Shown: piece after piece, positions 1 to 13,025 of the stretch
How the letters are laid out: every line of letters starts with the position of its first letter
Numbering within the stretch: the first letter of the stretch is position 1
Origin: Eledone cirrhosa
Lineage: Eukaryota
DNA: 64,000 nt
Assembly (NCBI GenBank): GCA_964016885.1
Contig: OZ024743.1
Location: 281,790,001-281,854,000, forward strand
Direction of reading: 5' to 3'
Notes under the pieces: generated by a model
The model's input: the letters and a program-made list of their open reading frames with translations, nothing else
Told to the model about the DNA's origin: nothing
The model's database searches: none
Made by a program: the position numbers and the translations under genes

Positions 1-417
1 TATGAGATTTTTATATTTGTTTTGAGAACAATACCTTAACATTGGTATGAGGAGCCAGTTGGAACAGAAAGAGGCAAGAGAATACTGGCCGGATATGGCC
101 AGTTTAAATGCTAAAAGATTCACACACACAAGCAAAATAAATCTTAAGCTGGCAAAGAAGTATTACCATATATACTCAAATATGAGTCAATCCAAATATA
201 GGCCGACCCCACCCCTATTTTATGAGAAATGGGCAAAAATCCAAACCCCATTTATAAGCAGAGGTAGCTAATAATCACATCAAGTTTAGATGGTGAATAT
301 AAGCTGACCCTCTCCCACCCCATTTTACCATCAAATCTTAGATCACAAAATCTTCGGCTTATATTCAAGTAGGTATAGTAAGTTGACAAAGAAGATATGT
401 TTATAATTAATGGTGTC

Positions 418-625
418 TAATTTAGGCACAAGGTCAGCAGAGTTTGTGGGAATGGAAAGTCGATTAAATCAACCTCAGTAATCAACTGGTATTTTATATT
501 ATCAATCATCAGAAGGATGAAAGGCAAAGTTGACCTCAGCAGGATTTGAACTCATAACATTAACAGCCAAAACAAATACTGCAAAGTATTTATCTACTGC
601 TTTAACGATTCTGCCCATCCACCAC
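418..625 (-). mobile_element. Old, diverged copy of the ATT-tailed tRNA-like SINE family
   Basis: tttaggcacaagg...aaggatgaaaggcaaagttgacctc...ggatttgaactc matches the reverse complement of the younger SINE copies (e.g. 22062-22243). Confidence 0.75.
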
Positions 626-689
626 TCTTGCATATGTTTATGATTAACAAGAAATTTAAGAAGCAGTTTTAAGCATTAAATTTACTTTC

Positions 690-1086
690 ACTTGTGTTGA
701 TGGCATGATAAAATGCACCTAATACACTCTGTAAAATGAGAGTGCTGAGGCCATGATAAAATGCATCCACTACAATCTGTATATATAGTGGTAATGTTGG
801 TGCCATGATAAAATGTATCCACTACAATCTGTATAGTGGTAACGCTGGTGCCATGATAAAATGCAACCACAACAATCTGTAAAGTGGTAGTGCTGATGCC
901 ATGATATAATGCACTCAGTACACACTGTAAAGTGACTAGCATTAAGAAGGGCCTCCAGCCATAGAAATCATATCAAAATGGAATGTATGAGCAAGATGTA
1001 TGGTCTCAGAATGTGACAACCTGTCCAACACATTCTAGCTTGGAAAACAGACATCAAGCATTGATGATGATGATAGTGATGATGAT
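690..1086 (+). mobile_element. RTE-derived non-autonomous element with tandem ~40-bp units and (GAT)n tail
   Basis: About 6 units of gtgctggtgccatgataaaatgca...ctgtaaagtg, then ttaagaagggcctccagcc, an RTE-like 3' end and gatgatgat. Confidence 0.7.
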
Positions 1087-1168
1087 ACTTTGTACATATT
1101 TTAGCTGTACAAGAGAAATTTAAAATACATTAGGAACTTGAAACAAACGGATTCACACACTGTTAATA

Positions 1169-1424
1169 CAGTAGCTTAGCTACACGGGGGAGAGAGGGAC
1201 AATCTGCTCAGGGTGACACTTTTATAGGGGCATCACTTTTTGGTCTGCTGGAGGCTATAAGCATTCTTTTAATGCTGTAGCATAATATTATAATTGTACA
1301 CGGACTAGTTTATATATATATGTAACTAAGATTGAGTCACTGAGCAATATGTATTTTTTGTGAGGGCCCAGAGGTAAAAAACTGAAGGGCTGCACTGGGC
1401 AGCACACATTCTAGCTATGTCACT
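1169..1424. mobile_element. hAT-like MITE remnant
   Basis: Imperfect terminal inverted repeats cagtagcttagcta...tagctatgtcactg; no coding capacity. Confidence 0.5.
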
Positions 1425-1830
1425 GTTTTAATATATCTCAATATTTTACTACAATGCAATTGGGTTTAATTCATATCAATTTGAAAAAAATAGTAATAAA
1501 AGTGAGAAACACCAGCATTCAGGAGTGTACAATCAATCAACCAATCAAATGGTGCAGCCAATCATTGGGGTATCACTATAGATGTTTGACAGTTTACAAT
1601 GGGCCTTCGAAATGTTTGGGGATGCCCATTTCCTTTCCAAGTGTCCAGTCCCTCACTATGTTTATCCTGCTAGTAGAAGCAGTCATCAGAGTGTAGCTGA
1701 GAATATGTCTTGGAATCAGAACTGAGATTTCAGGTGAGAACCAGTGTGTGAGTCTGTCTCTTAGGATGCTGCTGCCAGATGTCAAAGTATTCTCTTTACC
1801 TGAACACTCAGGTTTTGAAATAATGTTTCT

Positions 1831-2068
1831 TTAACCCTGGCCAGAATTTTCTCGTCTCTTTCTTTTCAAACTAGCTGTAACCAGCTGCTCATACTGATGT
1901 TAAGGTATTGTTCTCGAAATGAATAACATTAAAATCTCATAGATTTGGTATTATGTGAGGTAAAGTGTTTACTGTGAAAATACAATAGTAAACAGAGTAA
2001 TGTAAATAATTGTTTCTATTTTAGGCACAAGGCCAGCAATTACCCAGATGTAAATAATAAAGGGATGA
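1831..2068. mobile_element. TTAA-type (piggyBac-like) MITE carrying a ~40-bp SINE 3' fragment at about 2010-2047
   Basis: Begins ttaaccct and is homologous to 24905-25089, which ends aaagggttaa. The SINE fragment is flanked by a duplicated atgtaaataat. Confidence 0.6.
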
Positions 2069-3194
2069 CAGTAGATTTAGTTAAGTGATTTGAAGAAACA
2101 TTATTTCAATACAAGGTGTATTGTTATCCAGGATTTAAATAATCATTATTTTAAAACTGGATGTACTATCCCTTAGAAAGTAGAGTGAAATTATTTAAAG
2201 AACTACTATTTCAATATTGGACAATGTTATCTTGTATTTCTTTGAAAATAGAAGGGATGTATAGGCCTTTTATTTATGACTGATTCTCGTTTTTTATTAT
2301 TTTGTAGGGAAGGGGAGGAAATTAAACATGTTATTTTCTCAGAAATGTTAAGCATTTCTACTAAATCAAAATGACTGTTCTTCACTAACCGTCAACATGA
2401 TTTTATGTAGTGAAAAATGCCACCAAGATAAAGGCTGTATGATTTTTATTTGTTATTGTCCATATGCTTTGTTGACTGCATATCTATATTAGTATGTATG
2501 TGTATACACAGTATCATATATTCATAGCTACACACACTCACATAAAGGCACACTTACACACAACGCCTATAAGAGAGGTATAGTTCTGCTGGTACATTGA
2601 TTTGGAGCCAGGAAGTGGTGCATGAATATCTGATGTCACCTCCACTAAAAAAAGTTTTAAGCTTCCTTGAATTTTAAGAGTCACCCTCTTCCTAGGGGTC
2701 ATTAAGCAGTCTTATTCCACCTTACAAAATTACTATCAGAGGCCCAGCTAACACACTTAATACAATAATATTTTAACTGTAAAATAAAATATGTGTCAAT
2801 ATATTACATATTATATGTTTCAAATGGTTTAGTGAAGGCTAACTTTATGTGCATGTATACATGTATATAAATGTGTATTTATTTATGTGTGTCTGTGTGT
2901 GGAGAAGTGTGTGTGGAAAAGCAATGCCAAAGAAGTGTACTTTAGGGGAAATTTTATGGTTAAATGACAAACATGTCACATATAAAGGAAGTAAGTAAGT
3001 AAATAAATATCTATATGAGATTTTAAAATGTGTAGAGAAGCAAGAATGAAGAATATTAGGTATTCTGAGTATTTTAAAAGCCAATGAGAACAAGTCAATG
3101 GGTTATTATTATTATATGTATATAATAATAATAACATGGACATGTGTTGCACTAAGTGACTCTGAATCTAACAAACATGAAACTTCCATCAGAT

Positions 3195-3370
3195 TTCTAG
3201 CTGGTTGCTCAACCAGTTAGAAATAACAGCCAAATATCCCTCAAATCAGACTCTACTCTCTATAAAGAAAAGGAAGGAAAAGTTGAACAATGCAGTCCAG
3301 AATATATAAGAAAATGTGTTGGACACAACTAAAATGTCTTTGATGATAATATGCTAAGCATAACAAAACA
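3195..3370 (+). mobile_element. Old interspersed repeat (SINE-like); related copies at about 13218-13370 and 34650-34848
   Basis: Shared agaaata.cagccaaa...cctcaaatca and gcctttgatcat...ctaaaca motifs in three places. Confidence 0.55.
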
Positions 3371-3639
3371 TGAAAATCTGAGGATCATTTGTTTTAGGTA
3401 TATAAAATGGCAGTCAGTAAAATGAAAGTCTAAGAGGAAATGAAAATGAAAGGCATCTCCCTTTTTGTTGTAAGTTTTTGCCTTTTTAAATTTTAAACTT
3501 TTTTTTGTTAGATAAACTAAAAAAAGACTATTTATAAAAAATATTTTTCAAAATGATCTAGTGAAATTTTTTTTAAAATCCATAATCTGAAAGAAAATGA
3601 TATGGAGTAGTAATGGTAAATCCAGTACTGGAATGTCAT

Positions 3640-4512
3640 AAATTATTTGTGTATTTACAAGTTATTTGATGACTATCCACAAATGCACATGGTTGCCTAT
3701 TCAGACCACAAACTAGTCATCTAAATCGTCAACCGTGATAGAATACATAGACAAGGACCTGGATACTGGAAGCTGAACATGTCGCTACTGACACGTAAGC
3801 CTACAGTGAACGGATAAATAGATTAGTTAAGCAACAGTTGACGGGAGCCATCGTCAACAATTGATAGTGGTACTCTCTCAAGAGAGCAATTAGAGTAGAG
3901 TCGATAGACTTTAGCAGAGAATTAGCCTTAGAGAAAAACAAAACAGAAACAGAACTAGTAGCCAAGGTAGAGGAAGCGCTTAGGAGTGGCAACGCAGCTA
4001 GAGCTTTAGCAACGAAAACGGCACTGGACCAGTTCTTTGACGCGAGACACGAAGGCTGCATGGTCAGAAGTAAATCACATGCTCTAGGACATGAGGGAGC
4101 TAAAGCTGTTAGCTGGGCCCGAGTGGCAGAGGCAAAAAGTGGCAACAAGTCCATGATTCGGTCTTTGAAAGATCAAAACGGACGCATGCTACTTGACTCC
4201 AAGTGGATGTGTGCGGCCTTTCAGCGGCACTTTGCGCAACTGTTCGAGTAGAGTGGTGGGGTGTCGAACGGGGCAATGCACTTCGGTTCATACCTCGACA
4301 GCCTGCCGCATCTCTCGAGCATGGACACCGAGTTCTGCGAAAAACCGATCACAGTCACTGACGTACTGGACACAAATCACCCGGTCTAGATGGTCTACCC
4401 TATGAGTTTTACATAGGCATGCCTGACTTGTTCTCTGGCATCCTCGAAGCCGTCTACTGCAACTGGCAGCAGAATGGGAGAATACCCAGTTCTGCAGGCA
4501 GGGGCGTAGTAA
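3640..4512 (+). pseudogene. Decayed L1/Tx1-clade ORF2 fragment (end of endonuclease to start of RT)
   Basis: Translates to GPGYWKLN, HEGAKAVSWARVAE, AFQRHFAQLF and YCNWQQNGRIP, which align with ORF2 at 44238/50298. Confidence 0.9.
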
Positions 4513-4604
4513 CATTAAAAGAGAATTGTGGTTGCATTGAGTGGAAAGATCCTCTTTTAGCCTACAGTGGATGAAACCTGATGACAAATGAACAAAGTCA
4601 ACAT

Positions 4605-4860
4605 AAGGTAGAGAGGACCCTCTAGTCTTGCCAAAGACCTAACAACCTCTCTAGTGCTGGTGTTATGATAAAATGCATCTGAAATACTCTGTAAAGTGGA
4701 AGTGCTGCTGCCACAATAAAATGCACCGAGTACCTCTGAAGTGGCTGTAGAAACAACATCAAAATATGGTGTATATGAACAAGAAGTGGTTATTTTGCCA
4801 TGTTTTGTCTTGAACCAGCATAATTTGTTCAGCCCATGGACATTGAAGTTGAACGAAAAA
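4605..4860 (+). mobile_element. Bipartite RTE-derived non-autonomous element (5'UTR piece plus repeat units)
   Basis: agagagg...acaacctctctagtgctggtg matches the RTE 5'UTR at about 15068-15135, followed by ~40-bp units. Confidence 0.6.
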
Positions 4861-5529
4861 AAAAATGATCTATCCATCTGCACAAACACACATTCTGCAT
4901 TCGCAATAGTATAGTTTATTCAGAGAATATAACAAAGAATACAGACTAAAAATATTCCAACTTTCAAAACAGTTACTATCCATAACTCTCAATCATTATT
5001 TTCTTTAAAACCTCTTGAAAGGACTGCAACATACTGAAAACATTAAAAATAACATAATCATGTTTTCTACCTCCATGAACAAAAATGTTTCAAAGTTTTG
5101 AAGAAAAAAAATCTTTATCTGGACCTTTGATAATATTTTCAATATCATACTGAAACCCACTTAGCCATTATGTCTATGCATATATTGTACATACACAAAC
5201 ATACAGACACATATATGAATATATAGATATATAGACTTCTAGATCAATGAAGTCAGTTTAAAAGCTTCAATAACCAAATTATCAGTCTAAACAATTCTGT
5301 TCCACGACATCAAGGTTTTCATCTTAAGTAATGTTCTCTTCCCTATTGTATGACTTAGCCAAAAAATATAGGAACATTTCAACATTTCTATCGCTGATAT
5401 TTTTAAGGACAACATTATCAAGAAGAACTCTCTCTCTCTTACACACACAAACATACACACATGCACGCACACACATACATGTACACAAGCATGCATACAC
5501 ACACACACACACACATTGTTGTTGGATCT

Positions 5530-5742
5530 CCGTTAATTCTGATAATGAGTGTTCCAGTTGTTCAAATAATGGAACAGTTGGCTCATGAAATTAATGTGCA
5601 AGTGCCTTGAGCATTCCACTGACAAGTATTTCTCAGGTAGATTCAGCATGACATTGTATGTTATAAGGTTGGCCCTATGAATTATAGGTACAACCTGTTT
5701 TTGTCAGCTGAGTGGACTGAAGCAATATGAAATAAATTGTCT
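5530..5742 (-). mobile_element. SINE fragment with central ccagtccactcagctg-like domain
   Basis: Reverse strand reads tatttcatattgcttcagtccactcagctg, shared with the SINE at 7013-7346. Confidence 0.55.
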
Positions 5743-7012
5743 GAGTGCTGTTGAGTAGGTAGGAAAAGAACTGGTATGAGCTCAATACTGTGTAATCGGT
5801 GCCAGAAATGAGTTCCAATCAATTCATGGACTCTTAGCTCCTGATTGAATCAGAGACACTATTGGGACATTTATACTTGGTGTAGCCCATCTCTCTTTAA
5901 ACGTGAACACAGTCAATCTCTTCCAAAGTGACAGAGAGGGAGTAAGAAAGAAATATAGCAGAATTGACTCCAGTATTCAACATCTCAAAAGGAAGAAAGA
6001 CAAAGTTGACCTCAATGAGTTTTAACTCAGAAAGCCAGAACAAATGCTACAAAGCATTCTATCTAACATGCTAACAACTCTGTGAATTTGCCACTTTCAA
6101 TTTGGCATATAAAAAGGTTAAGTGAGATTTCTGACAGACTTATTAGAAATCAAGATTTTAGAAGCACTAAATGTACAAAAGTTGATAACAGTAGCTGCAT
6201 CCTGGTAATGAAGTTCATGAATAGAAACTATTAACTATACCTACCATATAATTCGTAGATGTAGCTAATAGTTTCTGTTACCTAGGTAATTCAAATATTG
6301 CAGTGGATGATGTGAATAGAACCAGTGATCAATGGTGCAAAGAGAAATTGAATGCATTGGTTAAGTCATGTGTTGAGAAAGGGTGTGACTGGGTGAGTGG
6401 AGTGATGGAAATGAATGTGGAAGGAAGTAGAGGCAAGGGAAGACCACTAAGAAAATATGACTAAAGATGATGTAGTGGGAAATGAAAGCCAGAAGATTGG
6501 TGAGGGGTGATGCAGGCGATTGAGCAAATCGGAGAATCTTGTCATGAAGTCTGCAAAGCTAATCCTTGCTTTAACAGGGAAAATAGCTTTAGAATGCTTG
6601 TTGTAGTACCTAGGTGAAATAATTATTCAAGAGGGTAGCTGCAATGAAAATATCATAGAGTATGGACAGAGTATAAGTACAGAAAGTTATTGCCTCTTTT
6701 GTCAATAAAAATGTTTTATGTGCAAAAAGTAAACTATATAAAGCATGTATAAGATGCGTATTACTGAGGTATATGGTGAATGATAGTCATAAGAGATGTA
6801 GTGAGACACAATATTGAGACTGGATGTAAATGATCTGCAAAGAACCTAGAGAAACTAAAGAGAAATCAGTCAAGAATGATCTGTTGGCTATGCATCATTA
6901 ATTTGCCTAAAACCTGGAGCATAAAGAAATCATGAGAACATCTGAGAATTGAACTCACAAGCTTTCGATTGGAAAGTCAATGCTTTAACCACTAAGCCAT
7001 ATATATACATAA

Positions 7013-7346
7013 TGGAGGCACATGGCTTAGTGGTTAGAGCATTGGCCTTGCAATCGAAAGGTTGTGAGTTCAATTCTCAGACCGGGTGATGTGTTGTTTC
7101 CTTGAGCAAGAAACTTTATTTCACATTGCTCCAGTTTACTCAGCTGTAGAAATGAGATGATAGGGACTGGGGTCCATATCATTCCACTGCAAAAGTGGTC
7201 GTGTAGGTGCCACGGCAAAAAGCACCCAGCACTCACTGTAAATGAGGTTGGTGTTAAGAAGGGCATCCAGCTGTAGAAATCAAGCCAGAGTCAGTTCCCG
7301 TCCCACCCTTGCAAGCAGGGAAAAGTGGACGTAAAATGATGATGAT
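7013..7346 (+). mobile_element. tRNA-derived SINE with RTE-derived 5'UTR segment and RTE 3' tail
   Basis: A box (tggcttagtgg), B box (gagttcaattc), central domain, ggtgttaagaagggcatccagc motif, and a 3' end nearly identical to the RTE end at 18243-18297. Confidence 0.85.
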
Positions 7347-7820
7347 ATATAAAGTTGTAGTTCCTGTATGTTTGTTTGTTTGTTTGTTCACGAACTTCTC
7401 TTATATATTCTGAAACTGCATTGCCCAGGGTACTTGGATAAGTATATTTCATTATAATCAAAGGGTTCCCCGGGGGCACAACCCCCCCGCTGAAAATGTT
7501 TTTCCTTCGATTTATACGAAATTTAAACCATAGGTAAATGACAAGATATGATGCCTATTCACAAAAGTTTTGAATTGATATTTTGAAAAGAATTATTTAC
7601 AAGAAACAAAATAAGAATAAAATTTAATAATGTAATTTTGATTTGATATATTACAAAAAATAATGTTTTCCAATATTTCATGCATTACATTTTACATTGA
7701 GTAATATTGAAATGCAGAGTTTTTCTCCATAAATTATATCACTGATTTAAAATCAATCATCATTTTCTTACAAAAAAAAAAAATGTGTGAAACGCAGCAA
7801 GGCGCGGGTAATTCGGCTAG
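7347..7820 (+). mobile_element. Non-autonomous Helitron-like element
   Basis: 5' (gttt)n microsatellite, subterminal hairpin cgcagcaaggcgcg, and 3' CTAG followed by T. Confidence 0.65.
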
Positions 7821-8256
7821 TATATATATATAAACTTTGAAAGGTATTAAGAATGGAACATTAAGAATGGACCATTAAGAATGGACCATTAAGAATGGAA
7901 CCACAATTAAAGGTACTCAATATATAAAATATTGAGGATACATTACTTTATAAAAAAGTTACTGTTACTTTAAGAATTCTTCTGCCGAATTCTCAGGGAA
8001 ACAGAACTAAATTGGTAATCTTTCGTAAGTGGTAGACGGAATGTAAACAACGAAATCGATAACGTACAGTACGTCATGGAGATTGTCAAAGATGCGCATG
8101 CACACACACGCATGTGTTTTCGATAATCTTTGAGACGTACGTGCTATTCTGTGTCAGTCTGTTGTCAATATCATTGTTTACATTTTTCCTACCACTTACG
8201 AAAGATTGCCGCTCGCGTGTATATATATACACACACACACACACACACAGACACAC

Positions 8257-8546
8257 ACAATTTTCCGGTATTCGCGTGGGTTACGTTCCTAGAGCATCCG
8301 CGAATATTGGACGTGGCCCATAAAAATGCCTACAAACGTCAAAACATAACGTAAAATATAGGCCGGCAAATACGGTATGTTGTTATAAATAATTTAGCGT
8401 TAAAAAGCGTAAAAAAATATATATTGCCACGAAAAAAGCCATTAAAAAATCGCGGAAGATATTTACGATTCCGCGAATATGCGGCGGTTCCCATGAACAA
8501 TTGGTTTGATTCTAAGGAAAATTCCGCGAATGCCAGGGGTACACTG
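8257..8546. mobile_element. Tigger/pogo-like (Tc1-mariner) MITE
   Basis: Inverted termini ccggtattcgcg... / ...cgcgaatgccaggggtacactg and internal ccgcgaata repeats. Confidence 0.55.
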
Positions 8547-8633
8547 TGTGTGTGTATATATATATATATATATACATACACACACACGATCTTAATGAAC
8601 ACGCGTGTATTTCTGCGACATTATTGTTATTGT

Positions 8634-8690
8634 AATAAAGTACCAGTAATGCACTGAGTAATTGCTGGCCTTGTGCCTAAAGTAGAAACA
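8634..8690 (+). mobile_element. 5'-truncated ATT-SINE with target site duplication
   Basis: SINE 3' end flanked by a duplicated attattgttattgtaata. Confidence 0.8.
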
Positions 8691-9549
8691 ATTATTGTTA
8701 TTGTAATATTTACTTTTTACCCACGTTGTTAATCCTACAACCAAGTTTCCAAACTTTTTGTTTCTATATATTTAATACTATTATCGTTTTTATGAAACCA
8801 GGTTTCGATTTCAACACGAACTGTCTCACCCTATCGTTATTAACAGGTTCTACTAAGCAAAAGATTTGAAACATTAAACAACAATGAATATAAGCAGTTG
8901 TGCGAGCTTTTGTTTGTATCAAGCTTCAGAAAGGTGTCGAGCCCGCAGCCTAATACCATTAATTAGCTGTATAAATGAAATTTACAGCTCGCACCTGCAA
9001 AATGAGGTATAGCTGACTTCATACGAGGTTGCATCTCATGGAAGGTTTCTCGAGTATTTTATTGATAGGGACCTCAGTCTTATCATGAAAACAAAAATAA
9101 ATAAATAAAAAGAACGTAAAAAATAAATTGTCTTAACCAACACGATAATGCATCACCCGGTTCGGGATTCGGACGCCCTAACTCATTATTGTAAGCCGAA
9201 CACCCTAACTATTAAACTACATGCCTTCATTTTTTTTTTAAAGAGTTTGAAGTGAAATGTGACTTTTTTTATTACAGACCAAATAAAGTTTTACGTTGCC
9301 TAAATTACTTTTTCTTACTTTAAAAACATACAAATATTTCTGAAATTAATTTCTTAATTTAAACAAAACAAAAACAACAAAAACTTTTTAAAAAATGATA
9401 AATAAATTATACATCTTTTGCACTTTTGTATGATTAATAAAGAAATAAGAAATACACTTTTATTTCTAGGATTCAATTACATAAAAATAAAAACAAAACA
9501 CTATTAAAAGGAACAAAAATGAAATGAAAAGAAAAAAAAGGGATCAAGC

Positions 9550-10800
9550 AACGAATGAAAGGGAGAAGGGGGTGGACAGACACTACACGCCAGTCTGAGC
9601 GGTGCCTCAGCCGCGCCCCGCGTAATATTTTTTGGTTGTTTTATAACATTAAATTATTAAACATCACATTAATTAAAAGTTATTGTTTTGTTTCTTCGTA
9701 AGTTCGACTATTTAATAGACTTCCATTGAAAAGAAAGAACAAAGAAAATACAAAATCTGAAAGAAAAACTGAAAATAAAAAAGTGGTGTAATGATATTTT
9801 GTTGATTTAATAAGCGTGTTTATTACCTATTGCTAGCCTCGGAAAGGTAATCCAACAGGAACAGCAGGCAGATGACCACCAAAACGGGGTGGCGAAACGA
9901 CATCTCTCCGGAGTTGAAAAAGTGGTCAAATTTTGACTGAATGCGGCCTGGGTGTCTCTCCTGTTCACTTTCGTTTTGTTTTTCCTTTGTTATAATTGCC
10001 CCAAACTTAGTTATTTATTCTACAAACAATCAGCAAAGACGGTGGGCGGCCAACCAGCCGACTGAACTAAGACAACGATAACGTTTTAGCTCCGCCAAAC
10101 AAACAAGTCAGCTAAGCTATAATAAAACATCTCTGTCGTTGAAAAAGTTGTTGTGGTAAAATGTTCACTGAACAGGGCCTCAACGTTTCTCCTGCTCACT
10201 TTCGTTTTGTTTGTTTGTTATAATTAATTGCCCCAGACGTAGTTATTTATTTTACAGACGATCAGCAAGAACGGCAGCCGACCGAACTAAGACAACTGTA
10301 ACAACGTTTTAGCTCCGCCAAATAAGCAAGTCAACTAACATGAGGCAGACAAAAAAAAAGTAAAAAGGAAGAACAGAGTGGAAGGATTGAAAAATATGAT
10401 TGGATGGATTATCTTCCAACTGTTTGCACTATAACTGTCAGATTTTGTTCGCTTCGTCGTGAAAGAAAACAATATGAAATAAATTAAAGTGATGGGAAGA
10501 AAGTTGACTTAAATATGCGAGTAGAAATAAAGAAAGAGTAGTGTTTTATGTTGAGATTTTTATCAGTAGTAACTTTTTAATTGCTGATGTTAAAGATGTA
10601 GTTGATGCGTGTCATTATTGTTAGTTAGTGGTGTAATGTTATTTATTTTTGTTATTATTACTGCTCGTGTCGAACGTGTGTAGAAGAGGCAAGTTCACTA
10701 CTCGGTTTCAATTCCCAGCTGTTGCAATTTATATTGAGAAAGGCTAGAACGTCTCGCATTCGAATTTCCCTCGTCAGAATCCAGTTATTGTAAGTGAATG
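9550..10800 (+). promoter_or_regulatory. Candidate host promoter / 5' exon region
   Basis: CpG visibly retained relative to the flanks, a GC box (gggcgg at about 10044), and a donor-like GTAAGT at 10790. No transcript evidence. Confidence 0.3.
9900..10338. repeat. Imperfect tandem duplication, two copies, period about 227 bp
   Basis: acatctct...gttgaaaaagt...cactttcgttttgttt...aactaagacaac...acgttttagctccgccaaa...caagtca occurs at 9900-10115 and 10127-10338. Confidence 0.9.
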
Positions 10801-11379
10801 GCTATGGGGGGGGGGTAATGTAAAAAATATTGAAATAAATGCTTTTAAGGCAGGCCGACCTAAAGGCATCTTTCGTTTTAGGTATATAAAATGGCTGACT
10901 GATTTCTCACTGATAAAATAATTTTAAATGAATATTATTTTTTTTTAAATTATTTTGCCAAAATCCAGATGATTTTTAAGGAAGGGGTCAGAGTATTTCT
11001 TCGAGTTGGACCATTATTATTGATAATACCATTTACTATCATTACAGGAATTTTCGGTCTTCCACGTTCAGCCATTTGTTAAATATATAAGGCGTCGCGA
11101 ACTAACGGCACAGGTGTCTAATGTGGTATGTGATTAAAAAAAGAAAGGAATTCGCAAATTTTTCAAACGTTATTAAAAAAAAATAGAAGCAAAGGAAATG
11201 AAAATGTTCTTTGGTAGCATGTACTCTTGACGGCAATATGTGTATTACTTTGATCTTCGAGTTTACTAGTATTAACAACTTCTTTTTGAGTAAGCATTTT
11301 TTGTTTTTTTTCTCCATAAAATAATCTCTAAAATACAAAAATGATAATCTACAGGTTGAAAATTTGCATGGGGGAACGA

Positions 11380-12011
11380 GTATCTGTAGCGCGTCTGACA
11401 ACGTGATTTGCGGCAGATAGTTCTGATTTCAAATCCCGCCAACGTTAGCTTTGCCTTTTATCCTTACGGGTTCGATAAAATAATGCACTGGGGTCGATTT
11501 AATCGACTTTCTCCTCTCCTTCAAATTGTTGGCCTTGTGCCTAAAGTAAAAACAACTATTATTATTATTATTTTATATTTTTTATATCTTCATTGTTAAA
11601 TTAGTCTTGCCATTGAGCACTTTTACTCGAGCTTATTGTAAACCCCCACTGTCCGTCTCTTTGTATTGTCTCCTACATGTCGACCCGTGTGACCAATAAA
11701 TGAAATCATTATTATGGAATCTGAGTTCAAATCCCGCCGAGGTTGACTTTGCCTTTCATCCTTACGGGGTCGATAAAATAAAGTACCAGTAATGCACTGG
11801 GTAATTGCTGGCCTTGTGCCGAAAGTAGAAACAATTATTGAGGGTCGGATGCCATGCTTTGACGCATAGAGTTACGGCCCTTGCCATTCTGAGTTCAAAT
11901 CCCGCCGAGGTTAACTTTGCCTTTCATCCTTACGGGGTCGATAAAATAAAGTACCAGTACTGTACTGGGTAATTGCTGGCCTTGTGCCAAAAATAGAAAC
12001 AATTATTATTA
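11380..12011 (+). mobile_element. Mini-array: old SINE, Tx1-like 3' end, truncated SINE, SINE subtype B; each unit ends in ATT
   Basis: SINE bodies at about 11380-11570, 11716-11839 and 11840-12011. 11600-11712 ends gacccgtgtgaccaataaatgaaatcattatt, resembling the Tx1 3' end. Confidence 0.75.
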
Positions 12012-12074
12012 TCCCGAGTGAAGGATTCTGATAAAAATATAAATATTTAGTTTAATTCTTTTTTTTAAGGCTAT

Positions 12075-12625
12075 TTTGCATAGCTAAGACGAAAGATGCT
12101 AAGTGTCTGGCAAAGAGATGCAGAGAGATTGTTGAGTCCAAGCTTGTTGGTGATCAGTGCAGTTTTCGCCCTGGATGCAGCACAGCCGACAAAATATTCA
12201 CTCTGCAACTGGTCTTTGAGAAATCGCGGAAGTATTGCCAAGAGGTATATTTTTATTTTGTAAACTGCGAAACAGCATATGATTGTGTTCCTCGGGACCT
12301 ATATTTATGTTTGGATAAATGGTACTAAATCAAAACCATTCAATGTGGGAGTCGGACTCCGCCAATGGTGCATACTGTCACCTCTTCTTTTCATTATTTT
12401 CATAAACAGGATTGACATGCACAGCCAGGTTGGAAGTGGTATCACGACTGGCAGATGTAAAATCAGTCAGCTGGAATTTGCAGACAATATGGTATTACTT
12501 AACTTGACAGAAGGTGATCTCTGACTTGCACTTGATAGGTTTGATGTTGAGGTTCCGTAGAAACAGTAGACAGCTTCTGCTACCTGTGTGACCAAATTAG
12601 CAGTGGAGGTAGATGTGTAGCAAAA
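12075..12625 (+). pseudogene. Decayed RTE-clade RT fragments
   Basis: QCSFRPGCSTADKIF, GVGLRQWCILSPLLF and FADN motifs. 12555-12615 matches 58957-59015. Confidence 0.8.
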
Positions 12626-12839
12626 TCTCTTCACAGGCTGACCCACAAATGATATCTAGCTGTCATTTCTATTTTATCTGGGTTGATGTGAGTTTGTCTG
12701 GAGTGGCAGTCATTTTAAGGTGAAAGCAAAATAAATTCTCTTTTCCCTGAGTCGACTCAGAAATCTCGAAGAGTAAACATAAAAGTGATTATAATTACTA
12801 TATATCTATATACAATGAATGATAATGATTAATATTTAT

Positions 12840-13025
12840 TGTTTCTACTTTAGGCACAAGGCCAGCAAATACTCAGTGCATTACTGGTACTTTATTTTAT
12901 CGACCCCGTAAGGATGAAAGGCAAAGTAAACCTCGGCGGGATTTGAACTCAGATCGTAAAGGGACGTAACTATGCTGGAAAGCATGGCGTCCGACCCTCT
13001 ACCGATACTGCCAATTCACCGCCCT
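12840..13025 (-). mobile_element. Full-length ATT-SINE (subtype A) with ~20-bp TSD
   Basis: Duplicated tgataatgattaatatttat at 12820-12839 and 13026-13045. Confidence 0.9.

Noticed and set aside
1594-1800. Minus-strand 63-aa ORF as a possible terminal exon
   Set aside because: Weak acceptor context and no recognisable homology.
4560-4600. Hammerhead core (ctgatga near gaaac)
   Set aside because: No flanking stems; other ctgatga hits lie inside LINE ORFs.
7013-7085. Possible tRNA gene
   Set aside because: It continues into a SINE body and LINE tail with no oligo-T terminator, so it is a SINE head.
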